NCBI GenBank assembly: GCA_023898625.1
Contig: CP060231.1
Location: 84,258 to 148,257 of the forward strand
DNA length: 64,000 nt
Source of the DNA: Candidatus Nomurabacteria bacterium
GTDB lineage: Bacteria > Patescibacteriota > Saccharimonadia > Saccharimonadales > JAGQNJ01
Direction of reading: 5' to 3'
The notes below the pieces were generated by a model. It was given only the letters and a program-made list of their open reading frames with translations. It had not been told where the DNA came from and did not search any database. Below, piece after piece: positions 28,668 through 38,900 of the stretch (position 1 is the stretch's first letter; each line of letters opens with the position of its first letter). The position numbers and the translations under genes are program-made.

Positions 28668-31283
28668 CTATTTCTTGCGACCTTTAGCTTTACGTTTACG
28701 CTCCGCCTTACGTGCTTTCTTGCGATTTTTTGTGGTAACTTGTTTCTTTGTAGAACTTACGTCGGTAAACACAGGTGTATCACCAGAGGCAGATATAAAA
28801 TCTTCTTCGTGCATCTCTTCGGCTTGCAGGATTTTATCGGCATTATCTACTGAATTTTTTGCTGCGCGCGTTAGTTCTGTGTCTGTTGGATGGCTATGTT
28901 CTATTGGTTGTGCCGAGAATAACGCACGAACAATATCATGCCTCAGAGTCATCTGCATATCTTCAAACATCTGCTGTGATTGACGCCGATATTCAACTAA
29001 TGGATCCTTCTGGCCTACACTTATCCAGTTAATGCCTTCACGTAAGTGCGCCATACTTTCTAGGTGTTGCATCCATAAATTGTCTAAGATCTGCAGGTAA
29101 ATTTCTCGCTCAATTGTTCTCATTAACTCAGCTCCAAAGGAGGCTTCTCGTGCCTCGTATAACTCTAAGGATTTCTGCGTTAAAACTTTAGTGAACTTAT
29201 CGTGTTCAGTATCAAAAATGACATCTAGCGTTGGCTCATCAAACGGAAAAACTTCTGTCAATATGCTCTCAAACTCAGCCGTATGAGACTGGGGCGAACT
29301 CGCCATCAGTTTGGCTTCGTCTTGAATAAATATCTTTATTCTCTTGCTAATATCTCCGTCTTTTAAGATCTCTTTCCTGATTGTATACGTAGCTTTTCGA
29401 TGTCTATTCATTACGTCATCATACTGAACGACGTTCTTTCTTTGGTCAAAGTTAAACCCTTCTACCTTCTTTTGTGCAGCCTCTAAGCTTCGTGAAATTA
29501 TTCGATTCTCTATTGGCGTCTCGTCGTCAACCTTTAGTCTTTCCATCATGGTCTTGATACGATCACCACCAAAAACACGCATTAAGTCGTCCTCGCAACT
29601 TACAAAAAATTGAGTCATACCTGGGTCGCCTTGCCTTCCAGAGCGTCCACGCAACTGATTGTCTATACGGCGTGACTCATGTCGTTCAGAACCCAAAACA
29701 AACAATCCACCAAGCTTCTTTGTTTCTTCATCCAAGACAATATCCGTACCACGACCTGCGATGTTTGTTGCAAGAGTTACCGCTCCTCTTTGCCCAGCCT
29801 TAGCAACAATGGCTGCTTCCTTCTCGTTATTCTTAGCATTGAGAACTTGATGTGGAATATCTGCTTTTTTTAGCAGATTTCCGAGTAATTCGTTCTTCTC
29901 GATAGACGCAGTACCAATTAAAACAGGCTGTCCTTTAGTGTGTAGCATTTTAACTTCTTTGATTATTGCTTTGAATTTTCCTGCTTCTGTTTTGTATATA
30001 CGATCTCCGCGATCATCTCTGGCGATTGGTCTGTTAGGAGGTATCTGTATAACATCTAGCTCATAAATTTGATGGAATTCTTCGCTTTCAGTTTCGGCAG
30101 TACCCGTCATTCCGGATAGTTTTTCGTATAATCGGAAATAGTTTTGGAAGGAAATTGTTGCTAGAGTCATTGACTCTTCTTTTACTTCAACTCCTTCTTT
30201 TGCTTCAATTGCTTGGTGAAGACCTTCGTTATAACGACGTCCTTTTAGTAAACGCCCGGTAAACTCGTCCACGATAACAATCTCGCCATCTTTGGTCACA
30301 ACATAATCTTTGTCCCTTTTAAAGATTGCTTGAGCCTTAAGAGCCTGTTCAAGGTGATAGATTGTACGGATATTTTCAGTTGCGTATAGGTTATCGATGC
30401 CCAATTTTTTCTCAACTGTTTCAATGCCTTCATCTGTCAAAACAACTGCTCGGCGCTTTTCGTCAATTTCATAGTGCTTCTCATCTTGTAATACTCGAAC
30501 TACTTTTGAAAACTGTTCATATGCTGTCGCACTGGCGGCCGCAGGCGCAGAAATAATCAATGGAGTCCTGGCCTCATCAATCAAAATCGAGTCGACCTCA
30601 TCGACAATTGCAAAATGTAAATCACGTTGTCGTAATTGTGGCTCCTCGCGCACCATGTTATCTCTAAGATAATCAAATCCAAACTCATTATTTGTTCCGT
30701 AGGTAATATCTGCCGAATATGCTTCTTGCCTAGTACAAGGGCGCAGGTGCTTCATCCGCTCATCGTCATGTTCGTCATTTATGTAATCTCGATCAAACAA
30801 AAATGATGAGTCGGGAATAATTACACCAACCGACATACCCAAATAATCATAAACTTGTCCCATCCATCCAGCATCACGTTGCGCTAAATAATCATTGACT
30901 GTTACAACATGGACGCCTTTCTCGGTTAATGCATTTAAATATACTGGCAAAGTAGCCACCAAGGTTTTACCCTCACCAGTTTTCATTTCAGATACATTTC
31001 CTTCATGTAGTGCCATACCTCCAATGAGCTGGACATCGAAATGTCTTTGCTTTAATGTTCTAGATGCTGACTCACGAACCACTGCAAAAGCATCTGGTAA
31101 GATTTTATCCAACGATTCTTTTTTTAGCCTCTTCTTTAATTCACCTGTCTGTGCCTTCAATTTACTATCTGGCATCTTTTCGTATTTGTCAGCCAAGTCG
31201 TTAATTTCTTTAACACGTTTTTTAAGACGCTTAAGCGTCTTAATTTGTGGATCGCCTAGTATTCTTTTTAGTACTTTATTCAT
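28668..31283 (-). CDS. secA: Preprotein translocase ATPase SecA
   Basis: 871 aa. MKTGEGKTLVA Walker A, DEVDSILIDEARTPLIIS, TNIAGRGTDI. The Lys/Arg-rich C-terminal tail lacks the usual Cys/His zinc-binding end. Confidence 0.97.
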   Translation of the reverse strand: MNKVLKRILGDPQIKTLKRLKKRVKEINDLADKYEKMPDSKLKAQTGELKKRLKKESLDKILPDAFAVVRESASRTLKQRHFDVQLIGGMALHEGNVSEMKTGEGKTLVATLPVYLNALTEKGVHVVTVNDYLAQRDAGWMGQVYDYLGMSVGVIIPDSSFLFDRDYINDEHDDERMKHLRPCTRQEAYSADITYGTNNEFGFDYLRDNMVREEPQLRQRDLHFAIVDEVDSILIDEARTPLIISAPAAASATAYEQFSKVVRVLQDEKHYEIDEKRRAVVLTDEGIETVEKKLGIDNLYATENIRTIYHLEQALKAQAIFKRDKDYVVTKDGEIVIVDEFTGRLLKGRRYNEGLHQAIEAKEGVEVKEESMTLATISFQNYFRLYEKLSGMTGTAETESEEFHQIYELDVIQIPPNRPIARDDRGDRIYKTEAGKFKAIIKEVKMLHTKGQPVLIGTASIEKNELLGNLLKKADIPHQVLNAKNNEKEAAIVAKAGQRGAVTLATNIAGRGTDIVLDEETKKLGGLFVLGSERHESRRIDNQLRGRSGRQGDPGMTQFFVSCEDDLMRVFGGDRIKTMMERLKVDDETPIENRIISRSLEAAQKKVEGFNFDQRKNVVQYDDVMNRHRKATYTIRKEILKDGDISKRIKIFIQDEAKLMASSPQSHTAEFESILTEVFPFDEPTLDVIFDTEHDKFTKVLTQKSLELYEAREASFGAELMRTIEREIYLQILDNLWMQHLESMAHLREGINWISVGQKDPLVEYRRQSQQMFEDMQMTLRHDIVRALFSAQPIEHSHPTDTELTRAAKNSVDNADKILQAEEMHEEDFISASGDTPVFTDVSSTKKQVTTKNRKKARKAERKRKAKGRKK

Positions 31284-31348
31284 TCCGTAATTCTTATTCC
31301 CCTCACTTTAATAAAAGTCTGTTCCACCGAATTTATATTGTACAATAT

Positions 31349-31717
31349 TCAAGCCGTAGATTGCGAACGAAATTTTTCAATTAAGCGTCGTGTGTGTCCT
31401 CTTAAGATTGAGTGTTGCCCCTTGTAACGCTTAATTTGGTTTTTTAGCTTAGCTTCGACTATATCAACAGCCGCAAAAATATTTATTGTTGTTTCTTTAG
31501 CTGTTACATTACCTTTTGGTAACCTAATAGTAACCTCTGCTGTGCATTCTTTTTTCTGTTTTATCTTGCGTTCTTTTAGGAATACCTCTGCATGTGCGCT
31601 CTGTCGAGCTTTAGACGGCATGTATCTATCTAGATGACCAATTTTTTTAGTAACATAATCGTGTAGCTTTTTATCGACATCCATCTTAACGCCAGTTATT
31701 TCAATTTTACTAATCAT
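31349..31717 (-). CDS. hpf: Ribosome hibernation promoting factor / RaiA family (short form)
   Basis: 122 aa. The N-terminal pattern is ITGVKMDVDKKLHDYVTKKIGHLDRY. Confidence 0.8.
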   Translation of the reverse strand: MISKIEITGVKMDVDKKLHDYVTKKIGHLDRYMPSKARQSAHAEVFLKERKIKQKKECTAEVTIRLPKGNVTAKETTINIFAAVDIVEAKLKNQIKRYKGQHSILRGHTRRLIEKFRSQSTA

Positions 31718-31736
31718 AATATACCCCTTTCATTTA

Positions 31737-33032
31737 CTAAATTAGCTCACGCCCACCTAAATACTTAGTAAGCACTTTTGGTACTTTAACGTCACCATCT
31801 TTAGTTTGGAAATTCTCAATAATAGCAATTAATGGACGTTGAGAGAATGCAGTAGCATCATTTGTATGAACAAGCTCAACCGAGCCATCACTTTTACGCA
31901 CACGAGTCTTCATAGCACGAGCCTGATAGTCAGTAATGTAGTCGGCGGTGTGAGTTTCTCTATAGGCTTGTTGGCTAGGAAGCCAAGCTTCAATATCGAC
32001 ACCCTTAGCGTTAGGACGGCCAATGTCAGCAGTACACTTTTCTAGCGCGTGATATGGCAAATCAAGTTGTTGCATTAAATATTCTTGGATAGCCACCATA
32101 AATAGATGCTCATGTAATGAATCTTCTGCAGTTGTAAAACTTTCCATTTCTAGCTTATTAAATTGATGTAGGCGAAAAATCCCTTCGGTATCCTTGCCGT
32201 AAGTCCCAGCCTCTTTACGAAATGCCGTTGTATACCCAACGTACCTGATTGGTAGCTCGCCCTCTGTTAGAATCTCATTCATATACATTGGGGAAATAGT
32301 GTGTTCTGCGCTGGCATTAACCCATAGGTCTTCGTCTTCAAGTTTGTAAGTTTGCTCTTCACGATTCAGCCGACCTGTTGCCTCAAAGACGGTCTTTTTT
32401 GCTACTGCCGGAGGCAAAACTGGAACAAATGGCTTTGAGCTAACTCGTAAATCATTTTCTTTAATGATCTGCTTAAGAATGGTTTCATCGCTCAAAACTT
32501 CCATAGCATACTGCCACAAGGCAAATTCCAATCTTACAAGATCCCCCTTTGTGTAAACAAATCTAGCTCCAGCAATTTTTGTTGCTCGCTCCTTATCTAT
32601 CCAGCCTTTTGCTTCGGCAATCTGGGCATGGTTTTTTGGGGTAAAATCAAAGTTAGGCTTCTCTCCAACAGTTTTAATAACTTTATTTTGATTTTCAGAA
32701 TCACCTATTGGCACACTATCAAGGGGCATATTTGGAACTGTCTTAAGTAGCTCGCTGTATTCTTGATCAATTGCCGTAAATTTATGTTCTAAATCCGCTA
32801 GTTGCTCCTTTACTTGACGACCCTTTTCAATAATTTCGGTCGTTGGTTTTGCGCCCTTCATAGAGTCGGCTATTTTATTTCGCTCCTGACGCAAAATATC
32901 TATCTGGTTTTGTAACTCACGACGTTTTTTATCAAACCCAAGCAACTGTTCAATATCAATATCGTAGCCTTTTTGTCTTGACTTTTCTTTAACCAGTTGT
33001 GAATTATCCCTAATAAACTGAATATCTAACAT
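31737..33032 (-). CDS. serS: Serine--tRNA ligase
   Basis: 431 aa. N-terminal coiled-coil arm and class II motifs (FRKEAG..., TAFSQRPLIAIIEN). Confidence 0.95.
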   Translation of the reverse strand: MLDIQFIRDNSQLVKEKSRQKGYDIDIEQLLGFDKKRRELQNQIDILRQERNKIADSMKGAKPTTEIIEKGRQVKEQLADLEHKFTAIDQEYSELLKTVPNMPLDSVPIGDSENQNKVIKTVGEKPNFDFTPKNHAQIAEAKGWIDKERATKIAGARFVYTKGDLVRLEFALWQYAMEVLSDETILKQIIKENDLRVSSKPFVPVLPPAVAKKTVFEATGRLNREEQTYKLEDEDLWVNASAEHTISPMYMNEILTEGELPIRYVGYTTAFRKEAGTYGKDTEGIFRLHQFNKLEMESFTTAEDSLHEHLFMVAIQEYLMQQLDLPYHALEKCTADIGRPNAKGVDIEAWLPSQQAYRETHTADYITDYQARAMKTRVRKSDGSVELVHTNDATAFSQRPLIAIIENFQTKDGDVKVPKVLTKYLGGRELI

Positions 33033-33059
33033 ACCTTTATTATACCACTGTCGTACATC

Positions 33060-33848
33060 TTATTTATTTAAAAACTTCAATGTTAACTCTGTACGACTTC
33101 TGGAATATAGGCAGTGTTCACATTCTCCACCCATAGCAGATTGTCCAACAGGCGGCATACCATCATCTTCTAAAACACTTTTAACCTCTGGTATAAGTTT
33201 GTCTATCCAATCTGTGCCACCCTTATGAGGAAAAACAAAAGTCTCAAACTTTAGTTGATTGTCAAATTTATCTGCCAACGAATTAGTTGTTGCATAGACA
33301 AAATACCCTGTATCACTAACCTTAAAGCCATTTTTTTTAAATAACCACTGGTAAATCTCCATCTGCCTTCTATACATATCGTGCCACGACCCTTCTGGCC
33401 CCAAAGATGTAACTGGTTTATCTTTGGCAGTCGCCTTATAATCAACAACTATTAATTGATCCTTACTATCTACCCACACATCATCAACAGCCCCAAAAAT
33501 ATGTAGATTTGTGTCCGTATCTAGATAATCTATACCAGCATCATCGCCAAAGCTCTGGCGCCATTTATCTAACTGCTCATGAGCAAACGGAATAGCCATT
33601 ATTTTGGCTTGCTTCATTAGTGGATGAGGTTCTTTTTTGGCTCGATAGATATCAAACTCTTTCTTAAATAACCCATCAATAGCTTTGTTGATATTAAACG
33701 GTGGGCTACTGGGCCTGGAAATTTTTAATCTTGCATCCAACCAAAAACACCGTTTGCATTGCATAAATAACTCAAGCTTACTTCTGCTTAATCTATATGG
33801 CGTCTTTTGGCCTGGCTTATACGGCAATGAATACTTCCTGTAGCTCAT
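33060..33848 (-). CDS. PD-(D/E)XK nuclease family protein, Cas4/RecB-like with four Cys
   Basis: 262 aa. N-terminal CKRC, core IVVDYKA (D..D/ExK) and C-terminal CEHC, which together suggest a Cas4-like Fe-S cluster. No CRISPR context. Confidence 0.6.
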   Translation of the reverse strand: MSYRKYSLPYKPGQKTPYRLSRSKLELFMQCKRCFWLDARLKISRPSSPPFNINKAIDGLFKKEFDIYRAKKEPHPLMKQAKIMAIPFAHEQLDKWRQSFGDDAGIDYLDTDTNLHIFGAVDDVWVDSKDQLIVVDYKATAKDKPVTSLGPEGSWHDMYRRQMEIYQWLFKKNGFKVSDTGYFVYATTNSLADKFDNQLKFETFVFPHKGGTDWIDKLIPEVKSVLEDDGMPPVGQSAMGGECEHCLYSRSRTELTLKFLNK

Positions 33849-33871
33849 TATGTATTCATTATACTGAACAA

Positions 33872-35122
33872 TTAAATAGTTTTGCGTTGTAATATAGCCA
33901 GGGTTTCAATGTGTGGAGTTCGCGGGAAAAAGTTATAGCCTTCAAAAAAACTAATATCATATTTTTCTTTAAGTAATGTAATGTCTCTGGCTTGAGTAGA
34001 TGGGTTACAACTCAGATAAACGATTTGTTTTGGTGGGTTCTCGAGTATTCTTTTTACTATTAACCCATGCAAACCTGCTCTGGGTGGATCAACTATTAAT
34101 ATGGTTTTAGGTTCTATATATTCCAGTGCTTTTTCAGATGAAGTATTTATAACTCTAGCGTTCGTATTTTTAGTATTCAGTTTAGCCATTGAGGTGGCGG
34201 TTTCGTTAATCTCGATGATTGTTGGCGCATTGGCGACACTGATGCCAATACTTCCTACGCCCCCGTACATGTCTACAACTTGACCATCAATAATATACTC
34301 TTTAATAGTACTTAGAACTTCATTAAAAATAGGTAGGTTAACCTGGAAAAATGAATCACAATTGTATACAAAATCTTTACCTAATAGCGTGTCCGAAACC
34401 ATGTCATCACCCAGACTATATAATAATTTTGTCATGACAGATGCTGGGCTTTTTGGATTAGAATACCAGACATTCAATCCACCAATGCCATCAGGTAAAT
34501 TCAAAGTTGGAAAATCTTCTGTCTTTACAAACAAACTAGAGGCTACTTTACCCGATTGGCTAGCTCGTACAATTACCGTTTTCAAACTTCCAGCACGTAT
34601 ATCACAACCGTTAAGCTCACTTAGGATCGCCTTTGCGCCATTGTTCACAGCAGGAAGAGCTAATTTTGAACCATTCACAATTTCTTTGCCATGACTTCCG
34701 CGACGATGAAGTGCCAAGTGTAGCCCAGCGTCATCTCCCCAAAATGAAAACTCCATTTTATTTCTATATTCAAACATGTGTTCTTTAAATATAAATTTGA
34801 AGTCAGGTAAGTTAATATGTTCTCTACCAAAAATCTCACTAATTATTTCATTCTTGTGTTTATTTTCGGCGTCGTACTGCATTATTTGCCACGGAGAAGT
34901 TGACAAGTAATTTTCTTCACTTGGCAGAATACGTTCTGTGCTAGCTTCTACTATATTTTCTGCAACAGCTTCAACATAATCTTTCCTCTTTTTTATAATT
35001 CGTATATCTACTTGCTCTCCAGGAAGCACACCCCAAACAAAAGCCTTCTTGCCCGAGCTAAGCTCTGTAAGGCCTTGACCACCAAAGACTAGCTTCTGTA
35101 TTCTCACTCTTTCGCTATTCAT
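33872..35122 (-). CDS. RNA (uracil-5-)-methyltransferase, TrmA/RumA (RlmD-like) family
   Basis: 416 aa. N-terminal TRAM-like region, SAM motif VDMYGGVGSIG, DPPRAGL, and the catalytic region YLSCNPSTQARD. Confidence 0.85.
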   Translation of the reverse strand: MNSERVRIQKLVFGGQGLTELSSGKKAFVWGVLPGEQVDIRIIKKRKDYVEAVAENIVEASTERILPSEENYLSTSPWQIMQYDAENKHKNEIISEIFGREHINLPDFKFIFKEHMFEYRNKMEFSFWGDDAGLHLALHRRGSHGKEIVNGSKLALPAVNNGAKAILSELNGCDIRAGSLKTVIVRASQSGKVASSLFVKTEDFPTLNLPDGIGGLNVWYSNPKSPASVMTKLLYSLGDDMVSDTLLGKDFVYNCDSFFQVNLPIFNEVLSTIKEYIIDGQVVDMYGGVGSIGISVANAPTIIEINETATSMAKLNTKNTNARVINTSSEKALEYIEPKTILIVDPPRAGLHGLIVKRILENPPKQIVYLSCNPSTQARDITLLKEKYDISFFEGYNFFPRTPHIETLAILQRKTI

Positions 35123-35729
35123 TAATAAACTTGATTATATCTGTTACTTCTTCTGCAAAGTAATCAGGATTATAGCTAGACAATATTTGCTTGCCATTAT
35201 AACCCCAAGCAACACTAATTATGGGCATGTTTATTTTTCTTGCGGCCTCTATGTCTCGAACTTCATCGCCTATGTATATCGAGTCCTCTACTGCAAAACC
35301 TTCCCTTTTCATCACTTTTTTCAATGCTTGAGCTTTACTAAATAAACCAACATTTCCATATACACCACCAAAATATTGTTTTAGGTGGTAGTTAGTTAGA
35401 AATTTATTAATAATACCGACACTATTTGAGCTAACTACGTACATTTTATGTCCATTACTAGCCAATTCTTTTATAACATTTTCCAAGCCTGGAAATATCT
35501 TTACTTCATTCATCCGTTTTTGTAATAACGGCCTACCCTTAACCAAGATGCCTGGGACTTTATACAACGGAACCCCAATCTCTTTTAGAACCTGTTTTGC
35601 TGTCATATTCCGAAAACTTTCAATTTGGTTTTGGCTTGCCTCGTATTTCAATAAGTCACCAGCAATACTAACCACAACCGGCAAACTATTTGCTAGAGTA
35701 CCGTCAAAATCAAAAATTACTTTCTTCAT
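35115..35729 (-). CDS. HAD-superfamily hydrolase (phosphoglycolate phosphatase-like)
   Basis: 204 aa. Motif I FDFDGTL, motif II VVSSN, motif IV GDEVRD. Confidence 0.8.
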   Translation of the reverse strand: MKKVIFDFDGTLANSLPVVVSIAGDLLKYEASQNQIESFRNMTAKQVLKEIGVPLYKVPGILVKGRPLLQKRMNEVKIFPGLENVIKELASNGHKMYVVSSNSVGIINKFLTNYHLKQYFGGVYGNVGLFSKAQALKKVMKREGFAVEDSIYIGDEVRDIEAARKINMPIISVAWGYNGKQILSSYNPDYFAEEVTDIIKFINE

Positions 35730-35791
35730 ACTCCTATTGTACAGAGGTCACAGCAGAACGCCAATAAAATATACTACGATAAATTTTAAAG

Positions 35792-36601
35792 TTATCTTAT
35801 TCCAAAGAATGTAATCCAAACAACTGCCATTACTAGCACAATACTTAGCTTCTGGTTGATTTTCTCTATATAGCTATAATCTGCCCATTTTCCCTTACTG
35901 CTCATACAGTAAGTTCTTAGACTTAATTGTTGCATATATGTTAATAATAATGCTATCAGAGCGGTCAGATAGGCATACCATTCTAAACCACCGCCGCCGA
36001 TTACTGCTGAATTCCAAATATAGTATGCAAAAACCACCCAAACTACCGTCAAGGCCGAACTGCCTAAGATGAATGATAAACGACTCGATGATTGATCGGT
36101 GCTTTTCAACCGTTCTGCTAAATACCCAGTTACGGATAGCGTGCTTATTAGTGCCATTATCATCACTATACTGCCTAGGTCAAAAACCCCCAATAGCATA
36201 CACAGAATAATCATAACCAGGGTCGTACTAACTCCTATGTTAACCCACTTATATTTAGACAACTTACTTGTAATTGAGTTAAGATATTTTGCTTGTAGAA
36301 AATTACCGATCACCAAATAATAAACCGCCATAAATATAAGAAGCAAGGATAATATGTACAAGATATTTACATTAAAGACGGTACGCGTCGCAGATGTCAT
36401 CACCACCTTACCTGAGTTGCTGAGCAAAGGATCCTTAGTTAGAAAGCTTGCAGTTACTGGAAGATAATCAGATTTTCCAAAAAACAATAAGATACCGGTT
36501 TGTACAACAAAAAACAAACTCAATAGTAAATAGCCTTTTTGAGGTTTATCTTGCTTTGATGATGATTTTGGTCTGGATGTTTTTTTAAATTTACCTTTCA
36601 T
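35792..36601 (-). CDS. Heliorhodopsin-family-like 7-TM protein lacking the retinal Schiff-base lysine
   Basis: 269 aa with a basic N-terminus and 7 predicted TMs. It aligns by eye, without gaps in TM7, to heliorhodopsin 48C12 as I remember it. KYKWVNIGVSTT matches FRWVEYSLSSS; GKWADYSYIEKINQKLSIVLVMAVVWITFFG matches GKWSNYLRGERAYIVLSLVAKSALAWQIFSG. The Lys position is Val and the counterion Glu position is Asn. Confidence 0.5.
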   Translation of the reverse strand: MKGKFKKTSRPKSSSKQDKPQKGYLLLSLFFVVQTGILLFFGKSDYLPVTASFLTKDPLLSNSGKVVMTSATRTVFNVNILYILSLLLIFMAVYYLVIGNFLQAKYLNSITSKLSKYKWVNIGVSTTLVMIILCMLLGVFDLGSIVMIMALISTLSVTGYLAERLKSTDQSSSRLSFILGSSALTVVWVVFAYYIWNSAVIGGGGLEWYAYLTALIALLLTYMQQLSLRTYCMSSKGKWADYSYIEKINQKLSIVLVMAVVWITFFGIR

Positions 36602-36609
36602 ATTAACTC

Positions 36610-36864
36610 CTATTTATTTACTGACCCCAAATCTGACTGATGATCTGCAGATGAATGGTTTCCTGAAAAATCTTTTTTACTAAAGTAAAAAATATAAAAT
36701 AACGGTAAAATCCCGGCAGTATTCAACAACAAGAGCAAAACAAACCAAACTTTAGAATTCTTACGAGCAGCAATCCAAAGAGCAATTGCCTTTAAAACAT
36801 AGTCTGTCAAAACAATAATTAACAAAAGCCAAACGTTATCGTTGATAAACTGCTCGTTAAACAT
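36610..36864 (-). CDS. Small two-TM membrane protein
   Basis: 84 aa. Two hydrophobic helices (WLLLIIVLTDYVLKAIALWIAA; WFVLLLLLNTAGILPLFYIFYF). Confidence 0.45.
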   Translation of the reverse strand: MFNEQFINDNVWLLLIIVLTDYVLKAIALWIAARKNSKVWFVLLLLLNTAGILPLFYIFYFSKKDFSGNHSSADHQSDLGSVNK

Positions 36865-36907
36865 ATTATCTGTATTGTATCACGTAGGACATCTATTAGT
36901 TGCTTTT

Positions 36908-38434
36908 TTATGCCCCAAGATCAAGATCAGAGTAGATGCCAGCAGTAACCTCATCTACCTCACTACGAAGTTGAGGGAAAGGCACACCTTCACGTGCTGT
37001 CACACCCTCTAGTAGCCAAAATAGCCGTTCTGCATGACCATACCCACAGGCTGGAGGCATGCCATATTCTAGCATTTCAATAAAATCAATATCCATCATC
37101 ATAGCTTCACTGTCGCCAGCATCCCGCATCCTTTGCTGTTCGATAAATCTACTTAGCTGATCTACTGGGTCGTTCAGCTCGCTGTATGCCTTAGAAGCTT
37201 CTGTGCCACCGAGCAGTAAGTTAAACTGTTCTGTTAAACGTGGATCTTTTGATTGTAGTTTTGCTAACGGTTGCAAATAATCTGGCACATCAACCAAAAA
37301 AGCCGGCCCACTAATATTCACACGAATTTTCTTCCACAACTTATCAATAACCCTTGAACGATTATCAATTTTTTCAACCTCTCCACCAATCTTCTTTAGC
37401 TGCTCGACAGCCTGTTCAAGTGTACACTCAAATACATCCAATCCATAGTTGTCTTTGATCAGATCAACAAAACTTAGCCTTGGCCAATCTTCACCATCTT
37501 CACCCAAGTTAATCTCTTGACCATTTGCTAGCTTAAAGCTTCTTGTTCCCCATGTTTTGTCCGCAACATAGCGTACAAGTTGTTGAGTAAAGCTCATTCC
37601 ATCTTGCCAATCAGCGTATGCCCAATACCATTCCATTGCTACATGCTCTGGAAGGTGTTCGTCAGAATAGTTCTCATTCCTAAAGCGAGGACCAATATCA
37701 TATACTTTTTCAAAACCTGCACCCAGCAACCTCTTGAGTGGAAGTTCGTGACTTATCCTAAGATAAAAATCTTGATCTAGTGCATCCATATGGGTAACAA
37801 ACGGATTGGCGTCAGCCCCACCTGTTGTATGCTCAAGCACAGGAACATTTATTTCTATAAAGCCATTTTGGTTTAAGAAATCCCTGGTCGATTGCCAAAA
37901 CTTGCTCCGCCTAATAAAGCGCTCTTTTACATCTAGATTTACATTCATGTCAATGTAACGACGACGCAATCTCTCTTCCTTATTAGTAAAGCCATCTTGA
38001 GTGGTAGGCATCGGGCGTAGCGATTTCGTAAGCAGTCGTAATTCTTTGACCTCAACTGATATCTCACCAGTTTGGGTTTTTATAACCCGTCCAGATACTT
38101 CAATAAAGTCTCCAGGATCAAGCAAATTAATGTGTTCAAATCCAATGTTTTGATGCTCAACACTAAGCACTTCCATAACATCATGTTTTAAGAACAACTG
38201 TATTTGGGCAGTAGTATCGCGTAATACAAAAAAAGCTATTTTTCCAAATTTGCGAGTGCTGATTATCCGCCCACTAACTATTACATTCTTGCTTTCAAAT
38301 TCAGAAAATTTATCTATTATCTCTGATATGGTGTTTGTTCTGCCTGATTTTGCAGGATACGGTTGAAGATTTAATTTCTTTATATCAGATAGTTTACGTA
38401 GTCGTTCGTTCCGTAGTTCTTTTAGATTTGCCAT
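36908..38434 (-). CDS. lysS: Lysine--tRNA ligase (class II)
   Basis: 508 aa. OB anticodon-binding domain and class II motifs (RFRNE, GYGHAERL...). Confidence 0.95.
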   Translation of the reverse strand: MANLKELRNERLRKLSDIKKLNLQPYPAKSGRTNTISEIIDKFSEFESKNVIVSGRIISTRKFGKIAFFVLRDTTAQIQLFLKHDVMEVLSVEHQNIGFEHINLLDPGDFIEVSGRVIKTQTGEISVEVKELRLLTKSLRPMPTTQDGFTNKEERLRRRYIDMNVNLDVKERFIRRSKFWQSTRDFLNQNGFIEINVPVLEHTTGGADANPFVTHMDALDQDFYLRISHELPLKRLLGAGFEKVYDIGPRFRNENYSDEHLPEHVAMEWYWAYADWQDGMSFTQQLVRYVADKTWGTRSFKLANGQEINLGEDGEDWPRLSFVDLIKDNYGLDVFECTLEQAVEQLKKIGGEVEKIDNRSRVIDKLWKKIRVNISGPAFLVDVPDYLQPLAKLQSKDPRLTEQFNLLLGGTEASKAYSELNDPVDQLSRFIEQQRMRDAGDSEAMMMDIDFIEMLEYGMPPACGYGHAERLFWLLEGVTAREGVPFPQLRSEVDEVTAGIYSDLDLGA

Positions 38435-38446
38435 TTCTCTATTATA

Positions 38447-38716
38447 TCAACTTTCTTTAGTTTCACGCCAAACAGCAATTCCACGGACGCAAGTCTCTGT
38501 ATCACCAAGTATACGGGAGCCAATAATGTCACTATCCTCTAGTCTATGTATTGCTTCTCTCCAGAAGATGCTTGGCAAACCAGCAGTACGACCAACTATT
38601 GTAAGTACCGGATACCTACCTTGCTCGATTAATCTGTTATTTTCTGTGGTTGCGCCATCTATTGATAGCGACAATACTTCATCACATCTTTCAATAAATT
38701 GTGCTCTATCCATCAT
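38447..38716 (-). CDS. Hypothetical protein
   Basis: 89 aa ORF in the operon orientation. No recognisable motif. Confidence 0.35.
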   Translation of the reverse strand: MMDRAQFIERCDEVLSLSIDGATTENNRLIEQGRYPVLTIVGRTAGLPSIFWREAIHRLEDSDIIGSRILGDTETCVRGIAVWRETKES

Positions 38717-38900
38717 ATTTCCTTATTAGCAATCTCTGCGTCTTCATTCATTAATCGTAAGCATTAGGGAGATTTTAAAATAATACTTATAAGTCCTAAA
38801 CCCTTACAACCAAAGCTTAAACTTTTAATTACTGATTAATCGTATCTAAGATACATTTATCAGATATTTATTTTACAATAAATATTGTAGTTAGTCAAAG

